DNA from: a virus
Lineage: Duplodnaviria > Caudoviricetes
Length of the DNA: 64,000 nucleotides
Direction: 5' to 3' (one strand)
IMG/VR virus record: IMGVR_UViG_2599185359_000001
Location: 1 to 64,000 of that record
The translations under genes were made by a program, and so were the position numbers. The first letter of the stretch is position 1. Every line of letters starts with the position of its first letter. This document shows, piece by piece, positions 10,261 to 21,292 of the stretch. Below the pieces are notes generated by a model that was given only the letters and a program-made list of their open reading frames with translations, was not told where the DNA came from and did no database searches.

Positions 10261-10593
10261 GATAAAGAACCTTTTCGTGAGAAGCTGCGAACCGCTTCGC
10301 AGCACCGAACCGCTTCGGTGAAATCAGTTCTAGTGTGTTCCGACATACACGCAAGCGCTTTTCCGCTTTTTCTGAAAAACCGCAGGAAAGCGCGCTTTTT
10401 GCACGTCGACTACAAGCGTGGTCGTACCAGTGTGCGAGGTTTTTGAGCGCGAATCACCGCGAATCGCTGTGTCGTTTCACACGATTCGCACCGCGCACCG
10501 ATCATGCGATTCGCAGTCGCGGTCACCGCGGCCCCGATTAAGACGAAACCGCGCGCTCGCACGTCACGCGCGCACACGCATAGGCGCCGCGCG

Positions 10594-12825
10594 CCATGGC
10601 ACCCCTACGCCCACGCGCACGCGAGTTCGCAAAATCGCCCATCCCCGAAATCGCCCAAGGACCCGAGCCCAATATGCCCACCGAGCCATACGGATTTTGA
10701 GCCATTCATCATCCGAGCCCATAGAGCTCCATAAGCCCATGGGAGCACCTGGGCACCATGAGCCCCGAAGATCCATGGCACCACCGCGCCCGGCGAGCAC
10801 CATTGGTCCATGGGCATCCATGGGCATGCCGAGATACGCGAGATCCATGGGGTGGTGCGCTCCCGAGGACGCATGGGGGATGAGACCCTCGGGAGCGCTT
10901 GCACCGGGCTCGCCGAAATGGGGAAGCGAGCCCAGGCAATCAGTGAATTTCGTGGATCATGCCGCGATGGCGATGATCTCGATAGCGGGCGCAAGCTGCT
11001 GAATTATTTCCATGAGCGCGCCCATATCGCTCCAGTGACAGCGGATGGATGCACCCCGAGGGCAAACGACCATCTCGAAGGGCATGGGCACGATGGGGGC
11101 GCCGCGCATGGTGGGATGCAGGACCATGATGCCCGAGAACCGCGAGGCGCCGGCTTCGATCCGCCAAGGTTCGCCCATCCGCGCACGCACCATGGACGCG
11201 ACGGCGTGATCGATCTTCACGATTTCCGTGTGATCCACCTCGGGGAGGATGGGCATGCCATAGGTGGCGAGCGTGACGTTCATGGGATCTGGCCTCTTCG
11301 ATTACTCGCGAGCACCGCTGCTCGCTGAAACCGATATGAGCGCATGCGTGCATGGATGCGGGCGGCTTTATGCACCGGCCGCGCGAGCCTCGATGAGCCC
11401 AAGCATCAGGAAAGCCTGGTGCCCATGGACGCCTGGAGACGCCGCACGCCTAGGGAGCCTGGGAACGCCTGAAGCCCATGGGCACGCCTGGCTGCACGAA
11501 ACCCGCGGCGCTAGGGGTCAGCAACGCCGCGGGCTCGACGGGTGTGTGGGATCAGGTGGCTGGGGTGTTGGCCACCACGAGGCTGACAAGGCCGGCGATC
11601 ATGCCGATGGAGGTGATGGTAACGCATGCCAGGTGCGTCTTGAGGGCATTAGCCACGAATGTCCTCCCATGCGGTAATGAAGCCGATGATGGCCGATGCG
11701 CCGAGAAAGATGGGCCAGGTCATTTGGCCATCACCTTGGTGCGCTCACAGGCGAACGATACCATGGCAATATCGCCGGCGGGCTTGATGTGGGCGGGGAC
11801 CCGGTAGAGCGGCTGATTGTTGGTGCGGCGAAGCATGCCCAGGCAGCTGCCCGCAGTCGGCGCGCGATCTATCACATATTCCGTGGGCTGCCCGCCCACC
11901 GTGATCGTCATGACGAGAGCCCAGAACATCAGCGGGTCTTGCCACCGAGGCGGCTCTTGCGTCGCGCCCAGCGGGCGCGGCGAGCGTCGCGATCGGAGGA
12001 ATTGATGCCCGGCGCGATACCGGTGGCGAGGGCGAATGCGATGCTTTCTTCGCGATAGTTGGACATGGTCACCTCTTCATTCTGCGAGCACCGCTGCTCG
12101 CTTGCTGAAGCTGATATGATCGTCCTGTCCGGTGGATGCGGGTGGGTATGCGAGCCTGGTCGACGGGATCTCTTGTCCTCGCCGAGCATCATGGGCGCGG
12201 TGGGCATAGCGGATCCATGGATGCCCATGGGAACGGTGTGCTCTTATTGGCTCAGATACGATCGAAAAGCTCGCCGGGCTCCATGGGCGCGGGGAGGCAT
12301 TGTCCTCATGGGCATATGGGATCGCTGCCGTACATGGAATTTGGGAGCGTGAGGGGCGGGTGCCATGGATGCCCATGGATCTCAGGGCACAAGCAAATGC
12401 CGCGAGAACCCCATGCTCTCGCGGCATTCACCCCTCGGCCAGCGGGAAAAGGAACCGGCTGGCGTCGTTGCGGTCTGGTTTTTATGATCGCCCTTGTGAC
12501 CGCGGGCAAGGGCTATTGGGTCAGAATGAGCGACGGCCGGGTTAGATTGAGTGGTCGCGCCGGAGCTTGTTTAGCTCGTTTTCCTGATCCGTGGTGAGGT
12601 CGTCCGTGCACAGCAGATCATCCGCCTCACTCCTCGCGTCGGAGACTATCTCCTCGATGCGTTCGATCCGCCGCTTGAACTCTGCATCGTCCATTTGCGC
12701 GTGCTCCTTGATGCGCGTTGTCTCGTTGATCTCGGTATAGCGATCGTTCCGGCGGACTAAAGCGGCTTGTTGACGGCATCAAGCTTGGCGAGGGGCGGGA
12801 GGCTATGGGCTCGGGTGACCCATGG
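10594..12825. repeat. CCATGG-dense region (16 copies)
   Basis: Counted directly; three pairs lie exactly 10 bp apart. Confidence 0.85.
10957..12694 (-). CDS. Small hypothetical proteins (10957-11283, 11720-11929, 11929-12066, 12542-12694)
   Basis: SD sequences; two are preceded by AGCGGT hairpins. Confidence 0.55.
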
Positions 12826-13130
12826 AGCGCGTGGATTTAGGTGGGCGTGGGGCTGGATGGGCGCTCCGAGATTTCGGTGCCCGGCCGTGTAGGGCAGAAA
12901 TGACAAAGGGCGTTCGGTTGAAAGTGAGCGCGCGAATTTCCTCGTCCAGCGTCAACCACGAGCTCCATATGCTCCAAGCACTCCATATGCCCGGTGAGAT
13001 CCATGCTTCCCTTACCCCATGAGTACCCATCGCCCCTATGATCCATACGCTCCGATGTGTCCCTAGTGCGTGACCCTTCCTTATGGGTGGACGCCTATAT
13101 GCCTGGTGCCTTTGAACGCCTGGGGAATGC

Positions 13131-15041
13131 CTAGGAAGCCTGTGTATCGGGTTGGCCTAGGTCGTAACCATCGAGATTGGTGGCGATCTCCTCGTGGATC
13201 GACACCTCGCCTTTGTCGATGTGGACGATCAGCGTTTGGTGTTTGCCCGTGGGTGCTTTGATCCGGCCTTTGCTCATGGTGATCTCGACGTCCTTGGCGA
13301 CATAGTCGTTGCATCCGATCGAGATGACGGCTTCTGCGATGCGAATGACGTCCTGGGTGGTGTCGATCGCCTCGGGTGTGGTGACGGTCACGCCGTCTCC
13401 GAGTTTGATGTGGGTCACGGATCAGTCCTCTCCGAGATATGCTGCTGTCGTCGCGAACCTGATGTGCGTGATGACGCGCTCTCTGGTGAGGGCTTCGGTG
13501 CGGCCGAGCTGCCACGGCTCCTCATCGTCCGACTTGGTGCAGAAGAAGGCATGGTTCGCCTTGGCATTACGAGCGTCGATTGCTGCGATGAGCGGCTCGA
13601 CCAGATCGTCGTCCCAGGTTTCCGCGATCCACTCCAACAGGTCAGCCTGACCTTCGAGGGCGATCGCCTTGGCGTTCGGTGTTGCCAGCCAGCTCGCGAA
13701 GTTCGGGCGGGGCTCTGGCTTGGGCGCCTGGTCGCTCACCGCAAAGCTGGAGAGGGAGCGTGGGTCGATCATGGTTATGCCTTTCTCTCGGGGATGTAGC
13801 GCCAGCCCAGGCGTGGGTGCTTCTCGGGGATCAGACGCATGCCGACGAGCTGCTGCGGGTCATCGCAGCCGCGACGCGCCGCCTCATTGTGGATCAGGCG
13901 CAACAGCGTTCCGCGGATCTGAACCTTCTTGCCATTGGCATCCGCGATCAGCTCGCCGAAGCTTGCGTCATGCACCGCCGTGATGGTGACGGGCACCGGC
14001 TCGCTTCCATAACCTGCGGACCGCAGGAGCGGCAGCCTGTCGTGGCGTTCGAGCTCCGCGGCTCGCATAGCCTTGATGCGTTCTAGGGCGCTGCGCATGG
14101 TCACTCTCCCTTCGCGATCCATCTGCGGGCCAGGGTGGTAGCGCCGATGATCAGCCATATCAGCCACAAGGAAGCGCTGGCGACCGCGAGTGCTTTCCAC
14201 GGGATGGTCGCCCGATCCTGCGAAAGCCCGGCCTCGTACTCCTTGATGCAGTCTTCGTAGGTGGGCAAGTCGGCGGTCCACGTCGACTCGAGGCGCGGGT
14301 TGCAGCCGATCCGTTCAAGATCGTTGGCTACTCCCCTCGCGACGTGTTCGCCCGCCATCCACGATCCCGCGAACGCTATGGTGAAATAGGCAGCGGATAG
14401 CGTGGCCGCGAGGCGAGCCCGCTTGGTCTTCAACATTCCCGTCGTCCCCCTGTGTTCTCAAATCGCCCGCGCGATCCTTACGATGGTCTCTTCCCAGGTG
14501 AAGCTGCCATCGCCCTCTTCATGCTGATTTTTGCCGTCTGCCTTGCCCGCGAAGCAGAACTGCTCGACGTGGGCTCGACGCGGAACCTCTACATAGAGGC
14601 TGATCGGGTCACCGGCATAGGCGGCGGCGAGATATTCGACCATGTGGCTCGCGACAAGCCTGGCGTCGTCGGGGTTGCCGTCCAGGCTGAACTCCGCGGC
14701 GAACGCTGGGGAGGCATATGCTTCCATGCCGGGGATCGCCTCATGCTGGCGCCACACCTTGATGATGATCTTGCCCATGGTCAGAACTCGTACTTCTCGG
14801 CCCACCACGCCGTGATCCGCTTCCAGACCTCCGCCGGCTCGATCTCGCTGGCGTTCTCGATCACCAGGTCGGGCAGCGGGCTCATCATCGGATGGATGTC
14901 GAAGATGATCTGGTTACCGCGCCGCTTGGCGGGGACTGGGCACTGGTCGTCGGGCAGGGTGTTGGCTTCGGCCGAGCCGGGCGCGAACTCGCCGAGAAAC
15001 GCACCGGTCATTTGGTTGAAGTAGAGGTAGGTCTTGGCCAT
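13131..15041 (-). CDS. Operon of hypothetical proteins (13131-13418, 13422-13772, 13775-14098, 14101-14436 two-TM, 14458-14778, 14781-15041)
   Basis: Tightly packed same-strand ORFs behind a hairpin/promoter cassette. Confidence 0.7.
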
Positions 15042-15125
15042 CGTCGCTTCCTTTTCATCGAGCACCGCTGCTCGGTGATTTCGGTATGCGCGCTGCCGGT
15101 GATGGATGCGGGTGGGCAGTGATCG

Positions 15126-17317
15126 TCAGAAGCTTGCCCAAAGGGGGTGCGCTTCCATGGAGCTGTGGTCGATAGGCTCGGGCTGCAACTCTTCCAGGTC
15201 GCTCACGCCGATGCGGCTGCGTTCATTGCCGTGGCGATCTGTCCATCCGCACTCCAGCGTCAGCTCCCACTCTCGCGCGTTCGATCGATGGGTGGTTTCG
15301 ATCTGAATGCCGCGGAAGCTGACTATACCGAGGCTGCCGAGCAAGTTCTCGTTCGCCAGCGCCATGCGGGCGTCGTCACGCATTACAATGCGCCACACCG
15401 GGCAGCCCTTTTCACGGGCCAACTGCAGCCCGTCGTCGATCTGCTCCGTCAGGGTGCGGAAGGTCATGTCACTGCCCCATGGCGGCTTCCCATCCCGCTT
15501 TGATGTTGTCGAGGCTCATCAATCAGATACCCTCCCTGACCGGCGGGAAGTAGATGGTGATCGTGTCTTCGTGGGCCGAGAATGCCCAAGCATGATTATT
15601 CCGCACCTCGAAAGGATGCGGCGCGCGATCGCGCTTGTGCGCAATGATGTAAACGGTCGCGGGATCGTAGTTGCGTTCGCTGCACGACAGCTCCACTGCG
15701 TCCAATAGAGCCGTAGTGTTGACGCCGCCATAACCCTGGCCCACCCAATCCATCAGCTCGCCGGTCCCAATCATGCAGACGGCACCTACCAGTGCGGAGG
15801 GGCGCCATCCCGTCTCGGGCGGCTCCAGATCGCGCAACCAATCGGTGAAGTTCGGGCGCGGCGAGGGCGTATTCATTCCGTGGGCTCCTCGTCCGCCTCG
15901 GAGATAGGCGCTTGCTTGATCGGCTCCTCGAAGGCGCAGATATTCAGCTTCACGACCTTCGGCTTGTGCCAGGGCGGCTGCTTGTCAGCGTGCTCCTTCG
16001 CGTCACCATGACACTGGAACCAAAGCGTGCGGTCTGCCCACGCCGTCTGCCCGCTGGTATAGCCTTCGCGGGAAGGGTGTGTGTAGCCGCCCACCGTGTC
16101 GACGAGGTAGATCAGCTTAGGCCGAAACCTGAGCTGGCCTTTGCGAAGGCGTAGCTTTCGTGCCGCCTCCATCAGTTCGGCAATCTTCATCGTTCACCTT
16201 TCCGCACCCACCGTGCTACGAGCAGCACGGGCGTGACGATTAGCCAGATCGCTATCAGCGTGCCGGCGGCGCGCGTGATTGCAAAGTACCAGGCGCGATC
16301 ATTCAGCCATTTCATTCTCTCATCTGCGCCAGCGAGGCAGTCGACGTAACTATCGCCGGGCTGGGGAGAAGTAAGCTGGGTCTCGCACACCGTGCTTATG
16401 AATTGGTCATGCTGGCTCGTCGCCAGATAGCCAGCGAGCCAATACATGGCGCCTATCGCCAGTATGAGATAGGCGCCGGAAAGCGCGATCGCGAGCCGTG
16501 CGCGCCTAGTCTTGAGAGTTATCCCCACGTTTATCCCCTATGCAACTGTGTCACCCATCACACCTGAATTGAAAGTGATCAAGGGCACGCGCTCAACGCC
16601 GAGCGCATCGCAATCGTCCAGATATTGCTGCACGCGCGCCATGGTGACGTCGTGCTCGTGACGGCACTGCGCCTGGATGACGCACCCGAACCCATACTGT
16701 TCTGCGTCCTTGATGAGCGCCGCCACCCCGCGCTCCTCGAAGCCGAAGTCGCCGGAGATATCTTGCAGGTCGCCGTTGGGTGCCCAGGATGCCGTGATGA
16801 CGTCGGAGCTCGCGACGAAGCCGAAGCAGGGCCAGTGGATCGCGAACGCCATGATGTCGGCGGCGGGGATGAAGGCCGAGAGGCCCCCATCGGTATGTCT
16901 GGTGACCAGCATCGGTCAGGCCGCCAGGCTGTCGGCATAGGCGTTGACCGGCGCCAACGCAGCCTCGAGGCTGCAGGCATAGTCGCTGATCACGTCGTCG
17001 CCACCATTGCCATAGACGAACCAGACGAAGCCGACGCGCTTGCCCTCGGCGTCGAAGGCGATCAGGCGATCATCATCCGTGGTGTTCATAGCCGCCATGA
17101 TCTCGCCGATCGAGGTGGACCGGGTGACAGTGGTCTCCTCGCCATCATAGACGCTCACCGAGTAGCCGGCGTCCAGAAGCGCCTGGGCCGCCTTGCGAGC
17201 AATCTTGCCCTCGGTCTCGATGCGCTTGATGAGGCGCTTGTAGCCCGCGTCGGTGGGGTCGTAGTCGCTGCCGCTCTTGATGCGATCGATCGACTGGCTG
17301 AAACCCGACTTGTCCAT
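15126..17317 (-). CDS. Operon of hypothetical proteins (15126-15467 ends HPLWASF; 15523-15876; 15873-16190; 16187-16528 two-TM; 16538-16912; 16916-17317)
   Basis: Tightly packed ORFs behind a hairpin/promoter cassette. Confidence 0.7.
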
Positions 17318-17402
17318 GTGATGTGTCCTTTCGTCACCGCACCGCTGCGGTGATTCTCTTTTCGCATGCGCTGCCGGTGGATGCGGGTGGGCTCGATGAG
17401 CC

Positions 17403-18991
17403 TCAGAAGGTCCCGTAGAGGGGGTTGCCCTCCATGGCAGCGAGCTCGGCCTGGCGCGCGTGCCGGTCACACGCGGCGTCGGATCGCAGCTTGGCGATGG
17501 GCAGCAGCTGGTCGGCCGGGCACGCGTCCTCGCCGAACCAGTTCTCCAGGCGCGTCAGCGTGCCCTCGGACATGCCGTAGACTTTCGCAGCGCGTTCCAA
17601 GGCGTCATCTAGGCATTCGAAATCCTCGTAGACGTGGACGGTGTCGCCGCCGACCTCTTCGAGCGAAGCGTCCCAGTGCAGACGGAAGCCGCCATCGGGG
17701 ATAGGCATGGTCAGTCCTTGATAAGCCCAGCTGCCCGCATCTCCGCAAGGCTAGGCATGTGTTCGTTCCCGCGGGACGCGCTGGGCTCCAGGTGCAGGAT
17801 CAGCTTGGTCAGCGGGTCGACGCCATCGTCGGTGACGGAGCGGATGACGACGCGATCGGGAGCCATGGAAACCAGCTGCACGCCGGCATGTCGCAGGATC
17901 TGGATCATCCGCGGGTTGTTGAGCGGAGGGTAGGTTCGGGCGCCCATCAGATGCACACCGCCTGGTCGAGCTCGAAGCGGTTGTACGCTCGCAGCATGTA
18001 CTCGCGCCATTCCAGGCTGGCGTCCGGCCAAGCCTTCACCTTCAGGTCGTCGAAGAAGATGCTGGCGACACCACCGTCCGTCTGGCCGAGCAGCAGCTGG
18101 ATGGGGGCAACTGCCTTGTCCAGGTTATCGACCTGGCATGATTGGGTGATCTGGTCGAACAAGGTCATGGCTCAGGCGGCCTCACCCATCACGGTGATCT
18201 CCGCGCCGCGATCCGTGGCAGCGATCGCGTCGAGCTCTTCCAAGAGCGTCGCGATTGCCTCCAGATCCGCGTCGGTGTTCTTGCCGCCAACGTCGACGTG
18301 GTTGTCGCTCGCGCCCTCGAGACCGATGGTGATACAGCCTGCCAGCAGCTGCAGCTGCCGATCGTTGAGCATGAAGCTCGCCATGTTCGTTTCCTTCTCT
18401 GTCACCGCACCGCTGCGGTAAAACCTATATGACCGAGCAAGCGTGCGGATGCGGGTGGGCAGTCATGCGGCGAGCAAGGGCACGCACTCGCCAGTCCTGA
18501 AGAGGTGCATTCGCTGCCAGATGGTGAAATTGCCATCGAGCTCCCCGGCGAGGATCTGGGCTACGGTCGACTCCAGCTCCCTGATCCAGGCCTTGGGGTC
18601 GTTGCACCGGGTCTCACCCGACCGGATGCTGGCGATCAGCCGGCGCTCGGGCTCGGCCGCGAACTGTCGCGCAGCCTGGCGATCGTCGAAGCCGGGGACG
18701 GGACGGGCTGCGCTTGCCATGTCAGCAGGTTGCGATGCGGACCCGGGTATCGCCGGTCGGGCGATGAAGGATGCCCGGCGTATTTTCGATGATGCGGACC
18801 TTGTAGCCCGCGCGCCGGTACTTGATCGCGAGGACGCCGGCCTGCCGGCGGGCTTCGTTTTCCTGCATGACGCCGATGCGACCGGTGCTGCACACGCCCG
18901 GCGGATCGATGATGATGGTCTGGACGGGGCGCGGGGCCGCGTCGAGCGGGACCGGCAGGGCCGGGGCGAGCAGAAGGGCGAGGAAAAGCAT
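17403..18991 (-). CDS. Small hypothetical proteins (17403-17708 ends NPLYGTF; 17711-17947; 17947-18168; 18172-18384; 18463-18720; 18722-18991 with signal-like N-terminus)
   Basis: Coupled ORFs with SD sequences. Confidence 0.65.
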
Positions 18992-19034
18992 GGGCGGCTC
19001 CTTTGGCCTAGAGGGATACGAATGAAGGGAAGGG

Positions 19035-19450
19035 GGAGCGTTCGCCTACTCGCGACAGACCAGGCGCCACTCTTGGCCCTGCTCCAGTCCTTTCGTGCCT
19101 ACTTGCTCCCCAGCTGACCGAGTGCTCGCGCGCTCATCCTCGGCCCTTGGTGCCCGTTGGGCTTTATTTCCTCTTGCGAGGCGTGTGCGTTTCGTTGTGC
19201 ACCGCTGGCCTTGTGCGGTTGGCTCAGCCGGCCGATCTACGTGTCGGCGTCGCTATCGTGATGCATTCGCGCTCCTTCGTCGCCTACCGCGATGTGAGAA
19301 TTGCCTCTTTTCAAACCCTGGCGCGCGTCGTGCGGCGCTGGACCCAATGTCGCCGGTCAGCTCGGGGAGCGGGCAGTTTTCGGGGATGCCAGCCCGATCT
19401 CTATCGCTTCATCATCGTTCCTTTCGTCAGCGCGTTGTTTGCTTCACTGC
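19035..19450 (-). ncRNA. Candidate large structured non-coding RNA
   Basis: Long-range helix 19105-19120 with 19354-19370, GNRA hairpin, AGUA/GAA loop-E-like motif, upstream sigma70-like promoter; no credible ORF. Confidence 0.55.
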
Positions 19451-19620
19451 GTTGGTGTGTGTTGTCTAGCACAGCTTTTGTGTCGCACAAGTGGCGTTTT
19501 GGTGCTCATCAGCCCGATGATGGTTGACAGAAAACGCCTCGCTGCCGTCAACAACCGACCAAGAACCGTCAACCTAGGGCGGAGTAAGTTATTGAAAACA
19601 AACGTCTATGTTGTGGCCGC

Positions 19621-20322
19621 TCACCTGAACACCACATTCGGGAAGATCCGCTTGAGAGCGGTGCGCCAGTGCGCATCCGTGTAGCTGTGGTGCTGCAGGG
19701 CGCGATAGGCCCCGCTGTCGTGTAGCGATCGATAGGCTTCCGACCCTTCAGTGACCTTGGCTGGCCACGTACGGCGCAGGCCAAGATCCTGCACGATCAG
19801 ATTGGTGGCGATCTGGACGTGGTCGTCGGTGATCTTCGCCATGCTCACTTGTCGCCGAAGCCGATGCGCAGGCGCAGCGTGCCGTGGATACGCTCGGTGC
19901 GCTCGACCAGGCGATCGGGCTGCTCGCCGCGCACCATCTTCTTCCAGTCGCGATTGCGGATGCCCGAGTTCGCACCGGTGGGGATCTTGTCGACCGTACC
20001 GCCCTTGCTTGCGAACAGCGCCACCGCTTCGGCGGTAGCGAGAGACATGCGTGCCATCTGAAAACCTCATCGTTGCCGAGCACCGCTGCTCGGTGATTTG
20101 GTTGTGCGCTCCGATGCGCGCGGATGCGGCTGGCTTTCGCGGTTATTATGCGGCGAGTGATGCGCTGTGCTGAGCTGTCAGGCGCCCCAGCTGGGCGGCG
20201 ATCTCCAGCATGGTGTCCAAGTCCTCAACTGTGGCCGCCTCATCGTAGGCACGCCAAAGAGCGTCGCGCGCTGCGAAGCAGGTGGGCCGGCGTTGGGGGA
20301 AGGGGATGATTGCGACGCTCAC
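19621..20322 (-). CDS. Three small hypothetical proteins (19621-19842, 19845-20057, 20146-20322)
   Basis: SD sequences; the last is divergent from the repressor. Confidence 0.55.
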
Positions 20323-20355
20323 TCGACTCGACTCCGCTTTGATGAAGCCAATATG

Positions 20356-20415
20356 TGCGGTCCACAGACCGCATTTGTCAACGGGTGTCCCGCATTTTGC
20401 GGTTGATAGACCGCG
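20356..20415. promoter_or_regulatory. Divergent control region: two GCGGT-N6-ACCGC operators around a leftward TTGACA (20376-20381)
   Basis: TGCGGTCcacaGACCGCA and GCGGTtgatagACCGC. Confidence 0.6.
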
Positions 20416-20437
20416 GCGGGAACGATACACGCGGGGC

Positions 20438-21151
20438 ATGACTGACCCCAACGCCATTCTCATTGATCGGATTGATGCCCGCTTGCAGGTGCTCAACCTG
20501 TCAGATCGCAAAGCGTCCCTCAACGCGATCGGCAAACCCGACCTGATCCGCGACATTCGCCGCGGCAAGAAGCGTGCGGAGCTTCCTGCGCTGGCGCGGG
20601 CGTTGGCCACGACGGTCGATTTTCTGGAAGGGCTGACGGACAACCCGTCGCGCGCCGAGCCAGTGAGTGACGGTGCTCCCCAGATGCCCCGCCCAGAGGA
20701 GATGGAGAAGGACATTCCGGTCTACGGCACTGCCCTCGGCGCGGAGGTCAGCTTTTGGTCCGAGCACAACGGCGAGGTGGCAGTCGAGCAAACGGACCTG
20801 AACACAGGCGAGGTCATCGATTACTTCCGCCGGCCGCCAGCCCTACGTGATCGCCGCGACGTCTACATGCTCTACACGGCCGGATCGTCCATGGCGCCAG
20901 CGTTCGAGGAAGGCAGCCCGATCCCCGTGGATCCGAAGCGACCGCCGGCGATCGGCAACTACGTGGTGGTCTATCTGCGGGACCAGGACGATGAGTATGC
21001 GGCGGGCGTCCTCATCAAGCGCCTCGTCAAGCGCTCGGCCAGCTTCATCGAACTCCAGCAGTTCAACCCGCCGGCGACGTTCCGCCTGGAACCGCGCCAG
21101 TTTCGAGCGGTGCACCGGGTGATGCCCTGGGAAGAAGTGTTGGGGGTATGA
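20438..21151 (+). CDS. CI/LexA-like repressor (HTH plus S24 peptidase)
   Basis: N-terminal HTH; IPVYGTALG cleavage region; catalytic Ser in GSSMAP and Lys in LIKRL. Confidence 0.9.
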   Translation: MTDPNAILIDRIDARLQVLNLSDRKASLNAIGKPDLIRDIRRGKKRAELPALARALATTVDFLEGLTDNPSRAEPVSDGAPQMPRPEEMEKDIPVYGTALGAEVSFWSEHNGEVAVEQTDLNTGEVIDYFRRPPALRDRRDVYMLYTAGSSMAPAFEEGSPIPVDPKRPPAIGNYVVVYLRDQDDEYAAGVLIKRLVKRSASFIELQQFNPPATFRLEPRQFRAVHRVMPWEEVLGV

Positions 21152-21275
21152 GCGATTTTAAGCGCTTCTGAGCGCGTCTAACGCGACGCGCGGTCGCACT
21201 ACCTAGAGCGCTCTAAACGCGCTGAGCGAGCGCGAGAGAGCGATTTAGAGCATATCGCGCTCGCTAGTGCAGAAC
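21148..21275. repeat. GG/CC-free, helically periodic element homologous (inverted) to 35098-35173; strong-gyrase-site-like
   Basis: Direct alignment of the two copies; lies between convergent genes. Confidence 0.6.
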
Positions 21276-21292
21276 CCTGCGAGCGCGATCGT

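Larger units (their letters stand above)
8992..10528. other. Compositional island purged of GG/CC except GGT/ACC
   Basis: By-eye count of about 64 GGT/ACC against 7 other GG/CC; no GGG, CCC, GGCC or CCGG. Confidence 0.9.

Noticed and set aside
9502-10446. 314-aa plus-strand ORF in the depleted island
   Set aside because: Antisense to the SD- and hairpin-led 294-aa gene; Arg-rich and protein-unlike
8992-10528. Generic restriction-site avoidance or simple foreign low-GC insert
   Set aside because: GCGC, CGCG, GATC, TCGA and AGCT are abundant, GC stays moderately high, and the region carries the phage's own hairpin and operator motifs
10418-10994. Met/Pro/Trp-rich ORFs in the CCATGG tract
   Set aside because: Their composition is a by-product of the CCATGG repeats in all frames; no convincing SD
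19375-19432. Hammerhead ribozyme (CUGACGA...GAAA on the minus strand)
   Set aside because: I could not form the required stem II and flanking stems
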